DNA of 64,000 bases, taken from an uncultured Bdellovibrionales bacterium (GTDB taxonomy: Bacteria; Patescibacteriota; Minisyncoccia; Moranbacterales; GWC2-37-73). Positions 46,273 to 55,484 of the stretch are shown piece after piece. Position 1 is the stretch's first letter. Every line of letters begins with the position of its first letter. Both the position numbers and the translations under genes were made by a program. The stretch is taken from assembly GCA_964484505.1 (NCBI GenBank), contig CAZAFB010000004.1:23265-87264 (forward strand), given 5' to 3'. Under the pieces are notes generated by a model, which saw only the letters and a program-made list of their open reading frames with translations, was not told where the DNA came from and did not search any database.

Positions 46273-46794
46273 ATGGAGAGATGTAGCGCCAAATTTATTA
46301 CTGTTTCCTTAATTGCCACACCCATGGTTTTGCTATGGGTGGAATCTGCGCAAGCGGTTTGTCCGGTTTGCACTATTGCTGTTGGGGCAGGGGTTGGTCT
46401 TTCCCGTTGGCTAGGAATTGACGATACAATAACCGGATTGTGGATAGGCGGACTTACGGTTTCGATGATAATGTGGACGTTGAATTGGTTGCAAAAGAAA
46501 AAGTATATTTTCAGGGGAAAAGAAATTTTGGTAAGTCTGGCATATTATGTATTCATAGTTGTTCCTTTATATCGAATGGAAATCATGGGCCATCCTTATA
46601 ATACGCTTTGGGGAGTGGATAAATTATTGCTCGGCATAATTATTGGCAGCACCTTTTTCTTTGTTGGTGGCGTTTGGTATTATTATCTCAAGAAGAAAAA
46701 TGACGGTCATACCTATTTTCCGTTTCAAAAAGTTGTGATGCCCGTGGCGCCGTTAGTGGTTCTAAGTGTTGTTTTTTATTTATTAACAAAATAA
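46273..46794 (+). CDS. hypothetical membrane protein
   Basis: Several TM helices. Confidence 0.4.
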   Translation: MERCSAKFITVSLIATPMVLLWVESAQAVCPVCTIAVGAGVGLSRWLGIDDTITGLWIGGLTVSMIMWTLNWLQKKKYIFRGKEILVSLAYYVFIVVPLYRMEIMGHPYNTLWGVDKLLLGIIIGSTFFFVGGVWYYYLKKKNDGHTYFPFQKVVMPVAPLVVLSVVFYLLTK

Positions 46795-46798
46795 GATA

Positions 46799-47365
46799 AT
46801 GGAAAACAAAATAAAAAATCTCAGTGAATTCGTGGAAAAAATCGATCAGATGAAAAAACAGGACAAGATGGACCTTTCTTCCGATCAAGATCTGAGCATT
46901 GCGATTATGAATCTTGTCAGTATTGAAGAACATTTTTTCTTTACGGCGGAAAAGACAGGCAAGGATGAATATCTCGACTTGCTTCAAGAAGTGCGAAAAA
47001 TGAGAGGGGAATTGCTTCGTAAGATAATTAAGGAATATGAGGGGGAGGTATGGTGTATTTCCAAACATCTTTTGGCAGCCTCGATGCGCTTGATGGAAGT
47101 GGGTACGAAGCAGCAGGGAATGGGTAATAAGGAACAGGCGAAAGAAATGTTTCAAAAGTCCTATGATTTGTATGGAATGTTTTGGGCGCTCAACATGAAA
47201 CTCATAAATTCCAATGATGTGAAAAAGGCAGGCGGGATTGAAATCGGGGAGGGGATCAAAAAGATTGATGAAAACGCACTCAACAGACATGATAAAAATC
47301 CGGAAGGGTTTACGGGGAAATTAAGAGATTTGGTTAGGAGGGCGATTGATTGTTGCATAGAGTAA
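46799..47365 (+). CDS. hypothetical protein
   Basis: ORF tightly following the previous gene. Confidence 0.4.
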   Translation: MENKIKNLSEFVEKIDQMKKQDKMDLSSDQDLSIAIMNLVSIEEHFFFTAEKTGKDEYLDLLQEVRKMRGELLRKIIKEYEGEVWCISKHLLAASMRLMEVGTKQQGMGNKEQAKEMFQKSYDLYGMFWALNMKLINSNDVKKAGGIEIGEGIKKIDENALNRHDKNPEGFTGKLRDLVRRAIDCCIE

Positions 47366-47393
47366 GGTTGAATTTTTCTTAAGTATTTTTTCT

Positions 47394-48482
47394 TTGGCTG
47401 TAGCGATATATTTTAAAAATAGCAATAATGAGATGAAAGAAAAAGTTGCCATATTATCATTGATTGTGAATGCCTTGCTTGCCGGAGGAAAGATTGCCGT
47501 CGGGTTGTTTTCCGGTTCCGCGGCTGTTTTGGCTGAAGGAGTCCATTCTTTTACAGATATATTTTCTTCAGCTATCGGTTATGTTGGTATCAGGACTTCC
47601 CAAAAGCCTGCCGATCGGCAGCATCCGTATGGTCACTATAAGTTTGAAGTTTTGTCCGGTGTTGTTATTACTATTATTCTTTTAGCGACGGGCCTTGGAA
47701 TTATCTACGATGCTTATCAAGAATTTCTGGATCCGAAGAAAATCAACGTAGGTTATCTGGCTTTCGGGGTAATGCTGTTTTCAGCGGTTATAAATGAAAT
47801 TATGGCCAGAATTAAAATTAGCATCGGCAAGGAGGAAAATTCAATAAGTCTTCTCTCGGACGGATTTCATTCCAGAATTGACGTGTTTTCTTCGCTGGCG
47901 GTTTTGGGAGGATTGTTTTTAGTCAGTTATTGGATTTATGCCGATTCGATTCTAGCATTGTTGGTTGGGATTTATATTATCAAAGAGTCATTTTCGTTGG
48001 GTAAAGAAGCAGTTGATTCCTTGCTTGATGTTTCAGCAGGAGATGAAATAGAAGAAGAAATAAAAAAGATTGCCAAAAGGGAAAATGTCGAATTGGCATC
48101 ACTCAAGACGCAGAAAAAAGGTTCGATAGTTACTGCGAATCTGGAAATACGTCTTCCAAGTGTTCTCAAGCTGGAAGAGGCTACCAAGATAGCCGACGCT
48201 TTGAAAGACAGGCTTGTTGGTGGCATAGAAAATTTGCAGTATGTGGTTATTCAGATAGTCAGCCATGATGTGGAAAGGAGTTTTTACAAGCCGACTTTCG
48301 GCAGAAGTTTTGGTTGGCAAAGAAGGGGAAGATTTGCAAAAGTAGATAAGAGTGCTGCTGGCTTGGGGCCTGACGGACATTGCGTTTGTCCTCAATGTGG
48401 TTATTCCATTAAACACAAGAGAGGTGTTCCCTGTTCGTCAATCAAGTGCTCCCATTGCAATATAAATTTAGAAAGAAAATAA
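47394..48482 (+). CDS. cation diffusion facilitator (CDF) transporter with a C-terminal Cys-rich Zn-ribbon tail
   Basis: HSFTDIFSS...HPYGHYKFE motifs; tail CVCPQCG...CSHC. Confidence 0.75.
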   Translation: MAVAIYFKNSNNEMKEKVAILSLIVNALLAGGKIAVGLFSGSAAVLAEGVHSFTDIFSSAIGYVGIRTSQKPADRQHPYGHYKFEVLSGVVITIILLATGLGIIYDAYQEFLDPKKINVGYLAFGVMLFSAVINEIMARIKISIGKEENSISLLSDGFHSRIDVFSSLAVLGGLFLVSYWIYADSILALLVGIYIIKESFSLGKEAVDSLLDVSAGDEIEEEIKKIAKRENVELASLKTQKKGSIVTANLEIRLPSVLKLEEATKIADALKDRLVGGIENLQYVVIQIVSHDVERSFYKPTFGRSFGWQRRGRFAKVDKSAAGLGPDGHCVCPQCGYSIKHKRGVPCSSIKCSHCNINLERK

Positions 48483-48483
48483 T

Positions 48484-48759
48484 ATGACCAGACCAAGAAT
48501 GTGCCGAAGATTAAGATTTCGACCGAAAGCCCACTATTTCAAACCGCAAGGAATTCCCATGAGTTTTCTGGAAGAAGTCTCACTTTCGCGCGAGGAACTG
48601 GAGGCGATCAAGCTCAAAGATTTTGACGGTCTCGAGCAAACAGAGGCGGCGGAAAAAATGCAAACTTCCCAAAGCACGTTTCAACGCATCCTATCTTCCG
48701 CGCACAAAAAAGTTGCGGAAGCAATCGTGAAAGGCAAGGCTCTTAGGATTGAGAATTAA
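48484..48759 (+). CDS. DUF134 (UPF0251) predicted DNA-binding protein
   Basis: MTRPRMCRRL...FKPQGIP...LEEVSLSREELEAIKLKDFDGLEQTEAAEKM matches the family pattern. Confidence 0.75.
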   Translation: MTRPRMCRRLRFRPKAHYFKPQGIPMSFLEEVSLSREELEAIKLKDFDGLEQTEAAEKMQTSQSTFQRILSSAHKKVAEAIVKGKALRIEN

Positions 48760-48768
48760 TCTAAATTT

Positions 48769-49278
48769 ATGGACATCTTTTCACATGGGCTGTGGGGTGG
48801 GGTGGCTTTTGGTCGCAAGAGTAAAAAGAATTTTTGGACTGCTTTTGCAATCGGCATGATGCCGGATCTTTTGGCTTTTGCTTTGCCTTTTGTTGGTCGC
48901 ATCTCAGGCGCTGCCGAGGGCCCGGCATATTCCAACGGTCATCCCGATGCCGCTTCGATTCCGCAATATGTCTATCACATCTATAATTTTTCCCATAGTC
49001 TAATAATATTCTTGGCCGTGTTTTTGATTGTTTGGGCAGTGCGCAAACAATCCCAGTGGCTTTTGGGCGCGTGGGGTCTGCATATCCTTGTCGACATTCC
49101 AACGCACAGCTCCAACTTTTTCCCCACGCCATTTCTTTGGCCGCTTTCCAGCTATCACGTCAACGGCATCCAATGGGGCACTCCGATCATTTTCATCCCC
49201 AACCTCATTCTCCTGGCCACGGCCTATTTAATCTGGGGCATATCCTACTGGCGCAAAAAAAGATTGAAAAATAAATAG
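48769..49278 (+). CDS. membrane-bound metal-dependent hydrolase-like protein (DUF457/YdjM-like)
   Basis: N-terminal SHGLWGG...MMPDLL, polytopic. Confidence 0.45.
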   Translation: MDIFSHGLWGGVAFGRKSKKNFWTAFAIGMMPDLLAFALPFVGRISGAAEGPAYSNGHPDAASIPQYVYHIYNFSHSLIIFLAVFLIVWAVRKQSQWLLGAWGLHILVDIPTHSSNFFPTPFLWPLSSYHVNGIQWGTPIIFIPNLILLATAYLIWGISYWRKKRLKNK

Positions 49279-49301
49279 TTTAATTTTTTTAATTTATCCA
49301 T

Positions 49302-49469
49302 ATGGAAAAAATTAAGGTTGAGCAACATGGGTTCACTATGTTTTCGTGGTTTGCGGGCTGGTTGTTTACGGTTGGGTTTTTGCATTTGTCACTGGGCACA
49401 GGAATTTTGGCGATTGTGCTTTGGCCGTATTATTTGGGCGTGGCTGTCAGTGCCATGATTGGACGCTAA
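49302..49469 (+). CDS. small membrane protein (55 aa; absent from the ORF track)
   Basis: ATG, two hydrophobic helices, terminator downstream at 49585. Confidence 0.3.
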   Translation: MEKIKVEQHGFTMFSWFAGWLFTVGFLHLSLGTGILAIVLWPYYLGVAVSAMIGR

Positions 49470-49584
49470 TTACTGACAACTTACTAAAAATCACTAACTA
49501 CTAACTGCTAACTACAAAATACACGAGTCTGTAGTTGATTAAGAGTAAGTAATATAAGTAATAGTTATACAAGATTTTATAAGC

Positions 49585-49616
49585 CAGCTAGGAATTTTTC
49601 CTTAGCTGGTTTTTGT
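49585..49616 (+). terminator. intrinsic terminator
   Basis: CCAGCTAGG / CCTTAGCTGG stem plus T5. Confidence 0.6.
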
Positions 49617-49753
49617 TTGGAAAAGTTATCCACAGGGGAGGGGGTTGCAGTGATAATGGGGAAGTGATAAAATATCATCAAGAACGCGCAGAGCGTTCAA
49701 TAACTAATAATTTGACCCAGGTGTTAACCCGATGACTTGGGTCACTAAAAAAG

Positions 49754-49981
49754 ATGGAAAGTGCAAACCAGGAGAAAGTATTCTCCAAAATGCTTCGCGC
49801 CGGAGGCAAAAATTATTTTTTCGACGTGAAGCGCGCCATTAATGGCAAGAACTATCTGACAATTGCTGAATCGTACAAAAATCAAAAAGGCGAACAAGTG
49901 AGCAACCGCATCATGATCTTCAAAGATCATGCTGACAGCTTCGCTGAAACATTGAAAGAAGTGGAAGGATATCTGAAATAG
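49754..49981 (+). CDS. PUR-alpha-like nucleic-acid-binding protein (DUF3276)
   Basis: SKMLRAGGKNYFFDVKRA..GKNYLTIAES PUR repeat signature. Confidence 0.6.
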   Translation: MESANQEKVFSKMLRAGGKNYFFDVKRAINGKNYLTIAESYKNQKGEQVSNRIMIFKDHADSFAETLKEVEGYLK

Positions 49982-50050
49982 GGCGATATATCCGCGGGCA
50001 GCTGGCCAGCACTTATTGACGCAGCTGCCCGGTAGATATAAAATACTCAT

Positions 50051-50398
50051 ATGAAAAATACTATGAAAAATTCAACAAAAAAATCAGGAGAAAAAACTTT
50101 TGGCTTCAATGAAGTGATGTCATTGCTTGAATCCATGAATGATGGGATTAAAGTAATTTCCGAACAATATGGGGGAGTTGTTGCGCGTTTGGATAAAATT
50201 GATGATAGATTGGATAGAATGGAGACAAGAATGGATGGGGTAGAAACTAGATTGGACAACGTGGAAGTTAAGCTGGATAAGCTGCAAGATGACATGGTGG
50301 AAGTCAAATATGAACTCAAAAATAAAGTTGACAGGGATGAGTTCAAAAAACTGGAAAAACGCGTCGTGAAATTGGAACGACTCTCTTACTCGCACTGA
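50051..50398 (+). CDS. coiled-coil hypothetical protein with internal RLD/VET repeats
   Basis: RLDKIDDRLDRMETRMDGVETRLDNVEVKLDKL. Confidence 0.45.
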   Translation: MKNTMKNSTKKSGEKTFGFNEVMSLLESMNDGIKVISEQYGGVVARLDKIDDRLDRMETRMDGVETRLDNVEVKLDKLQDDMVEVKYELKNKVDRDEFKKLEKRVVKLERLSYSH

Positions 50399-50413
50399 TC
50401 TGAAAATATCTCA

Positions 50414-50445
50414 AACACCGACTGAGTAGTCGGTGTTTGTTTAAG
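50414..50445 (+). terminator. rho-independent terminator
   Basis: AACACCGACT-gagt-AGTCGGTGTT perfect 10-bp stem plus T-rich tract. Confidence 0.75.
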
Positions 50446-50468
50446 ACAAAAAATAATCGTTAAATCTG

Positions 50469-52094
50469 ATGCCAAAAACATATTTGCAAAAACATTTTAA
50501 TTTTGCAGACTTTCGTCCCGGTCAGAGGGAAATTGTGGAAGCTATCGTCGCCGGAAAAGATGTGGTGGCTCTGATGCCGACAGGAGGCGGCAAATCTTTG
50601 TGCTACCAACTTCCTGCGATCATGAGCGGGAAACTTTCAATCGTGATTTCACCGCTCATTGCGCTCATGAAAGATCAGGTGGATGCCCTCAATGCGCGCG
50701 GAATCGGTGCGACATATGTGAACAGCACGCTTACAAACGAAGAAAGTGCCAGACGGATGGATGATATTCGCAGTGGTAAAACAAAAATTTTGTATATAGC
50801 TCCCGAGCGTTTTGGTAGTAATGAATTCAGAAAAGAATTTTCTCAAATGGATGTGCATATGGTGGCTGTCGATGAAGCGCATTGTGTGTCGCAATGGGGA
50901 CATGACTTTCGTCCGGATTATTTGAAAATAAAACAATATATAAATCTGTTGAAAAATCGCCCGCTTGTTGCTGCGTTTACCGCTACGGCGACGCCGGAAG
51001 TTAAAGATGATATTATCGAACGTTTGGGGTTAGAAAATCCGCAAGTTTTTATCAGAGGATTTGACCGTCCCAATCTCAAGTTTTTCGTGCAAAAAGATCT
51101 CAAACCCAGAGAAAGACAAGCTGAACTGCTACGCGTTATCAAATCTTTGGAAGGAAGCGGCGTGGTATATGTGCTAACCAGAAAGTATACCGAGGAAATC
51201 GCTGCCGCACTGAACCAGTCCGGAATTTCTGCAGTGGCATATCATGCAGGAATCGACGGAGAAAAACGCAACAAAATCCAAAATGATTTTATGGAAAATC
51301 GCTACAAAGTTATTGTGGCGACGATTGCGTTCGGTATGGGTGTGGACAAAGCCGACATCCGCTATGTCATCCATTCGGGCATGCCGGCAAGTCTGGAAGG
51401 GTATTATCAAGAAGCGGGAAGAGCTGGGCGCGACGGAGAAACGGCATATTGTATTTTGCTGCACAGTAAACGCGACAACGCAACCCACAACTTTCTGATC
51501 CAATCGACGCGTCGAGACATGCTTGCGCAAGGAAAGAGTTGGGATGAAGCGACAAAGATTATCGACATAAAATATGACAGACTGGATAAAATAAAGGAAT
51601 ATGTGCATGGCGGGAGATGCCGGCGCAAAATTATTCTCAAATATTTTGATGATCCGGCGCACAAAACAAGTAAAGAAAACTGCAGTGGCTGCGATGTGTG
51701 CATGGGATGGAAAAGAAAAAATGAAGGAGAGTCTGGCGATTATGAAAACAAAAGCAGAAGGCGCAGGGAAGGATTGAGCGGAACTGTTTTGGAAACAGCC
51801 GGATATTATCAGAAAGGATATGACGTTGCCAAAATTGCCAAAATTCGCGGCTTGGGACTCTCGACTATTTTCGGGCACCTGATCGATTGGTATGAAAATG
51901 GCGGCGATTTCGATATTGGGGCGCATTTTTCGCCGCAAGAAGAAAAAATTATTTTAGCCGCAATTCAAAAAGCAGACAATGCAAAATTTCTCAGCTCCAT
52001 TAAGCAGCAGTTGCCCGAGAATATCGGTTACGAAAAAATAAGGATGGTGGTGGCAAAAAAGAAAAGAGATATTAAACAAAAAATTGTCAATTAA
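50469..52094 (+). CDS. recQ: RecQ-family ATP-dependent DNA helicase
   Basis: FRPGQREIVEA, PTGGGKSLCYQLPA, DEAH, Zn-binding Cys cluster. Confidence 0.85.
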   Translation: MPKTYLQKHFNFADFRPGQREIVEAIVAGKDVVALMPTGGGKSLCYQLPAIMSGKLSIVISPLIALMKDQVDALNARGIGATYVNSTLTNEESARRMDDIRSGKTKILYIAPERFGSNEFRKEFSQMDVHMVAVDEAHCVSQWGHDFRPDYLKIKQYINLLKNRPLVAAFTATATPEVKDDIIERLGLENPQVFIRGFDRPNLKFFVQKDLKPRERQAELLRVIKSLEGSGVVYVLTRKYTEEIAAALNQSGISAVAYHAGIDGEKRNKIQNDFMENRYKVIVATIAFGMGVDKADIRYVIHSGMPASLEGYYQEAGRAGRDGETAYCILLHSKRDNATHNFLIQSTRRDMLAQGKSWDEATKIIDIKYDRLDKIKEYVHGGRCRRKIILKYFDDPAHKTSKENCSGCDVCMGWKRKNEGESGDYENKSRRRREGLSGTVLETAGYYQKGYDVAKIAKIRGLGLSTIFGHLIDWYENGGDFDIGAHFSPQEEKIILAAIQKADNAKFLSSIKQQLPENIGYEKIRMVVAKKKRDIKQKIVN

Positions 52095-52211
52095 AAAACA
52101 TACCTCAAATCGACGGCCGTGAGTTCGTGTATAGTTTTGGTTATGATGTGATGGTTTGGACCTTGTGATGAACATAAAGGGAAAATTAATAATATGGATG
52201 AGGCGCAGGCA

Positions 52212-52240
52212 TTGACTAAACGGGGCGGGTTTGCTAAATT
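52212..52240 (+). promoter_or_regulatory. sigma70 promoter module copy 1 (TTGACT, 17-nt spacer, TAAATT, then conserved leader GCCGTGTTGGTTCTTATACAAT)
   Basis: About 50 bp nearly identical to 53721-53786. Confidence 0.6.
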
Positions 52241-52284
52241 GCCGTGTTGGTTCTTATACAATTTGACAAGGAGGAATGCAAAAA

Positions 52285-52878
52285 ATGAGCGAGAAAATAG
52301 TCCAGCTTGAAGGGGAAATCAAGGGCCTCCACTACAATCCGGTAATGGAACGTCATAGTTTCTCGAATTCCAGGACGGAGGAATTCTACAAACAGTTCTG
52401 GGAAATTCACGTGAAACAGGTCATCGAATTCAGTAGGCAGATGGCTGTGAAATACGGCGCCGATCTGGAAGTTGTGTGGCTTGCGGCTATTCTGCATGAT
52501 ATCGCACGTCTTGATGATTATGAACCTCATGATGTAATTGGATCGGAAACAGCCTACATGTTGCTGATTGAAAAAGGTTTCAAATATTCTTTGGCTGAGA
52601 AAGCCAAGGTTGCCATCTTGAGACATCGTTGCAAAGAATATGTTCCTGAAACACTGGAACAGAAAATCATTGCCACGGCTGATGCGATGGCTCACTTCAT
52701 CCCGCCGTTCTATTTCTGGATAGCCAAATATTCAAACAAAAGCTTTGAGGAAGTTCTGGAAAAGAACAAGGGGAAAATCGAGCGCGATTACAATGATAAG
52801 ATCTTTTTCGAAGATGAGAGGGTGTTGGTTTCGGGGCAGTATGAAATGTTGAAAAGCTGGTTTGGATATAAAATTTAG
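52285..52878 (+). CDS. HD-domain phosphohydrolase
   Basis: H...AILHDIARLDD; SD AAGGAGG. Start taken at the second ATG for correct SD spacing. Confidence 0.6.
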   Translation: MSEKIVQLEGEIKGLHYNPVMERHSFSNSRTEEFYKQFWEIHVKQVIEFSRQMAVKYGADLEVVWLAAILHDIARLDDYEPHDVIGSETAYMLLIEKGFKYSLAEKAKVAILRHRCKEYVPETLEQKIIATADAMAHFIPPFYFWIAKYSNKSFEEVLEKNKGKIERDYNDKIFFEDERVLVSGQYEMLKSWFGYKI

Positions 52879-52899
52879 CAAAGAAAAAGGAGACAAATC

Positions 52900-53532
52900 A
52901 TGCCAGATACTCCGAATGTGTTAGCTGCCAGAAATGCTGTTTTTGAAGTGGGAAAGGCGCGTATGAATTTGCGTATAGCCCTTGCCAATCTTTCGCTTGG
53001 AGAACTTGCCGAAGTTATCACTGAAGTGCATGCTTACAGTCCCGTCGTTATCAATATCGATTCCCAAATCTATAAAAAGAAAGGCGGGCTGGCTATTTTA
53101 AAGCCATGCGAAGATCTTAACCTGGGTATCGTTCTATGGTCAGCTCCGAAATTAACAATGATGGCTTCTTGGGAAACAGTTCCTGATTCTATTTGCGTGG
53201 ACTTCATGAGAAACAAAGTTTTTTTTGAGGTCTTTTCCGGAGGCAAAGGCAAGAGTATGGATAAGAAATTCGCCTGCATAGCAGAAGCTTGCAAAAGAAA
53301 CGGAATAAGGAACATATTTCTTTTAAATCCGGGAAATATGTGTCAGTTTTTTCGAAATACGGGAAACTGTGATATTGAAGTCACGGGAGTGGATGATTTT
53401 TTGGATATACTGAGCATGCATGTTGACCTGGGAGATCTTAAGCTTTCCTTTCTTGATTTTCAAAAAAGTACAGCATTGGAATTCCATGAATATATGCGCA
53501 AATGTGGGATACGAGACGATCTGGGGGTGTAA
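52900..53532 (+). CDS. hypothetical protein (210 aa), SD-led
   Basis: AAAGGAGACAAATC-ATG; no family recognised. Confidence 0.45.
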   Translation: MPDTPNVLAARNAVFEVGKARMNLRIALANLSLGELAEVITEVHAYSPVVINIDSQIYKKKGGLAILKPCEDLNLGIVLWSAPKLTMMASWETVPDSICVDFMRNKVFFEVFSGGKGKSMDKKFACIAEACKRNGIRNIFLLNPGNMCQFFRNTGNCDIEVTGVDDFLDILSMHVDLGDLKLSFLDFQKSTALEFHEYMRKCGIRDDLGV

Positions 53533-53576
53533 AGCTTAATTTATCCTTTTGATAATGTCTGGACTTACTTGAACAA

Positions 53577-53611
53577 CGACCTGTTGCTTAAATAGCACGG
53601 GTCGTTTTTTT
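53577..53611 (+). terminator. intrinsic terminator module copy 1 (part of a ~75-bp repeated unit)
   Basis: CGACCT / GGGTCG stem, 16-nt loop, T7; downstream GTTTGGATTTTTGGCTGGCGAAAAATGGCTTGAATAA repeated at 55240. Confidence 0.7.
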
Positions 53612-53723
53612 GTTTGGATTTTTGGCTGGCGAAAAATGGCTTGAATAAAGGGAAGAATATGGTTATATTTAACTCGCGATCCCGTTAAATGTGGTCCATT
53701 AAGTAGTTAAATTTAACAGGGCA

Positions 53724-53752
53724 TTGACTAAGTGCGGCAAGTTTGCTAAATT
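53724..53752 (+). promoter_or_regulatory. sigma70 promoter module copy 2
   Basis: TTGACT, 17-nt spacer, TAAATT and identical leader. Confidence 0.6.
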
Positions 53753-53817
53753 GCCGTGTTGGTTCTTATACAATTAAACATATTGATGCTGTGGATTTTG
53801 AGAGGAGGTGATAAAAG

Positions 53818-55179
53818 GTGATCAAGGGCATAAAAGCCGTAGTCGAAAGGGTTGTTTTAGATGGCCCGCATGGTCCATTTGTCATTACAACCTCAAAGGC
53901 GTTCACTGGCTCCGTGACGTTCTCCCTTGAACGTAACGTGTGGCAGGAACATGGGCACCCTGAACCTGGAGAAGTAGTTTTTCTTTACGAGCTTCGGGAA
54001 AAAAGACAGGGATGGAGAGCAAAAAAAGGACGGTACTGGAAACCGTCTGACGAGCAAACAGCACAGGAGGAAGAAATCATGGAAAGACTGATGTTTTCAC
54101 TCAAGAGACTTAGAAGCAAGTGGTTCCCCACGGAAGAAGACATGAAATGGAAAAGCTGGGTAGACTTCAAGTCCAGAGAAACAAGGGACTTGGTTAATCT
54201 TCTTTCCCAGAAGGTAAACGACATTTTCAAGAAACGAGCGCTATTTCTGCTGTTTGTACCTTCGGCAACAGTTAATCCTCTCTATTGGAAAGGAGACATC
54301 GGTAAGTTCTATCACGGGTTGGACATTCTCGACAAACTGACTCCTGATCTGCTGAGCTATGCAGCTGAGCTTGTCATGCAGTTTGTCACCGCTCTGAGTC
54401 CGGTGCACTGCGATCGGCCGAGGAACGTTGCCGAAGGCGGTGGTGGTATCATGATATATATGTCGATACCTGACAAATATCATGACGCGCTGTCGTTCTA
54501 CAACCGCTGTATACTGAAACTGTTGGCAAAGCTCCCTGCTGAGCAAGCAGAAAAGATCTTTCCGCTGTATTCCCTCAATGACATCTCAACATTCTGGAAT
54601 ATGGATACCGCCTCAGGATACAACCCTTTTCAGAACCTCATGTACTCCGATGACATCAACGAGAAATGGAAGAGGTTGGCTGACGGGAAGATGCGAGATA
54701 TAGTGCGCGCGGAAATTGAAGGAAAAGTAAAACCCAGAGAAGAGCATGAAGACGCTCTGCGCTGCTACTCCAGTTTTATTCAGAGGCAGTTCTATGGGTC
54801 CCATTACCCGAAGAAGTTGCTTGTCGAACAGGTGCAATTCCTCGTGGAAAACCTTCAACCGAATACACACCTCATCAACTGCTTCAATGTCATCAATTTC
54901 TTCGACCTTTTGTATGCAGATTCCCAAAAGGAACTTCGGCACAAAATCGCCAGATATACCGTCATGGAAAACATGGAGAAATACGGAAGGTTTCATGTTT
55001 ACGACACGGGAACGAGGCGGGCTGCAGAACAGATGCTCGAAGAGTTCGCTGATGATCAGGAACTTGCTGAAAAAGTTCGCGAACTTATAGCAGAAGGCGA
55101 AAGAAGACAGGCTGAAAACGCAGCTCATTATGCAGAAGAGAAAGAAGCGGAGAAAAGCATCCTTGCTGCAATGCAGTAA
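53818..55179 (+). CDS. hypothetical protein (453 aa), GTG start, SD-led, elevated GC
   Basis: GAGGAGGTGA SD; no family recognised; local GC visibly higher than the surroundings. Confidence 0.5.
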   Translation: MIKGIKAVVERVVLDGPHGPFVITTSKAFTGSVTFSLERNVWQEHGHPEPGEVVFLYELREKRQGWRAKKGRYWKPSDEQTAQEEEIMERLMFSLKRLRSKWFPTEEDMKWKSWVDFKSRETRDLVNLLSQKVNDIFKKRALFLLFVPSATVNPLYWKGDIGKFYHGLDILDKLTPDLLSYAAELVMQFVTALSPVHCDRPRNVAEGGGGIMIYMSIPDKYHDALSFYNRCILKLLAKLPAEQAEKIFPLYSLNDISTFWNMDTASGYNPFQNLMYSDDINEKWKRLADGKMRDIVRAEIEGKVKPREEHEDALRCYSSFIQRQFYGSHYPKKLLVEQVQFLVENLQPNTHLINCFNVINFFDLLYADSQKELRHKIARYTVMENMEKYGRFHVYDTGTRRAAEQMLEEFADDQELAEKVRELIAEGERRQAENAAHYAEEKEAEKSILAAMQ

Positions 55180-55204
55180 GGCGTGAAATCTCAAGCAGCA
55201 AGAG

Positions 55205-55239
55205 CGACCCGTTGCTTAAATAGCGTGGGTCGTTTTTTT
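55205..55239 (+). terminator. intrinsic terminator module copy 2
   Basis: CGACCC / GGGTCG perfect stem plus T7; same flanking sequence as copy 1. Confidence 0.75.
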
Positions 55240-55302
55240 GTTTGGATTTTTGGCTGGCGAAAAATGGCTTGAATAATGGGAAAATAGGTGTCGGGGCGAC
55301 TC

Positions 55303-55330
55303 TTGACATATTTTTTTATTCGTGTAAAAT
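55303..55330 (+). promoter_or_regulatory. sigma70 promoter for tuf (TTGACA, 16-nt spacer, TAAAAT)
   Basis: Direct reading of the sequence. Confidence 0.55.
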
Positions 55331-55484
55331 GGCTTATGTATCTTAATTTCCTGCAAAGGAATTTTTGAATTTGCGAAAAAAAGCAGATTCGAATATAATA
55401 AAAAGAAGCTGTTTTTGTAATCAATTATCTTAAATGTTCGCAAGTCGCAGACAAAAGGTTTGTGCGGCAGGCGAAAAAACAACT

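Noticed and set aside
55434-55484. Upstream extension of tuf proposed by the ORF track
   Set aside because: EF-Tu family N-termini begin at the downstream Met ([16 protein letters not shown]), and the extension [17 protein letters not shown] has no counterpart.
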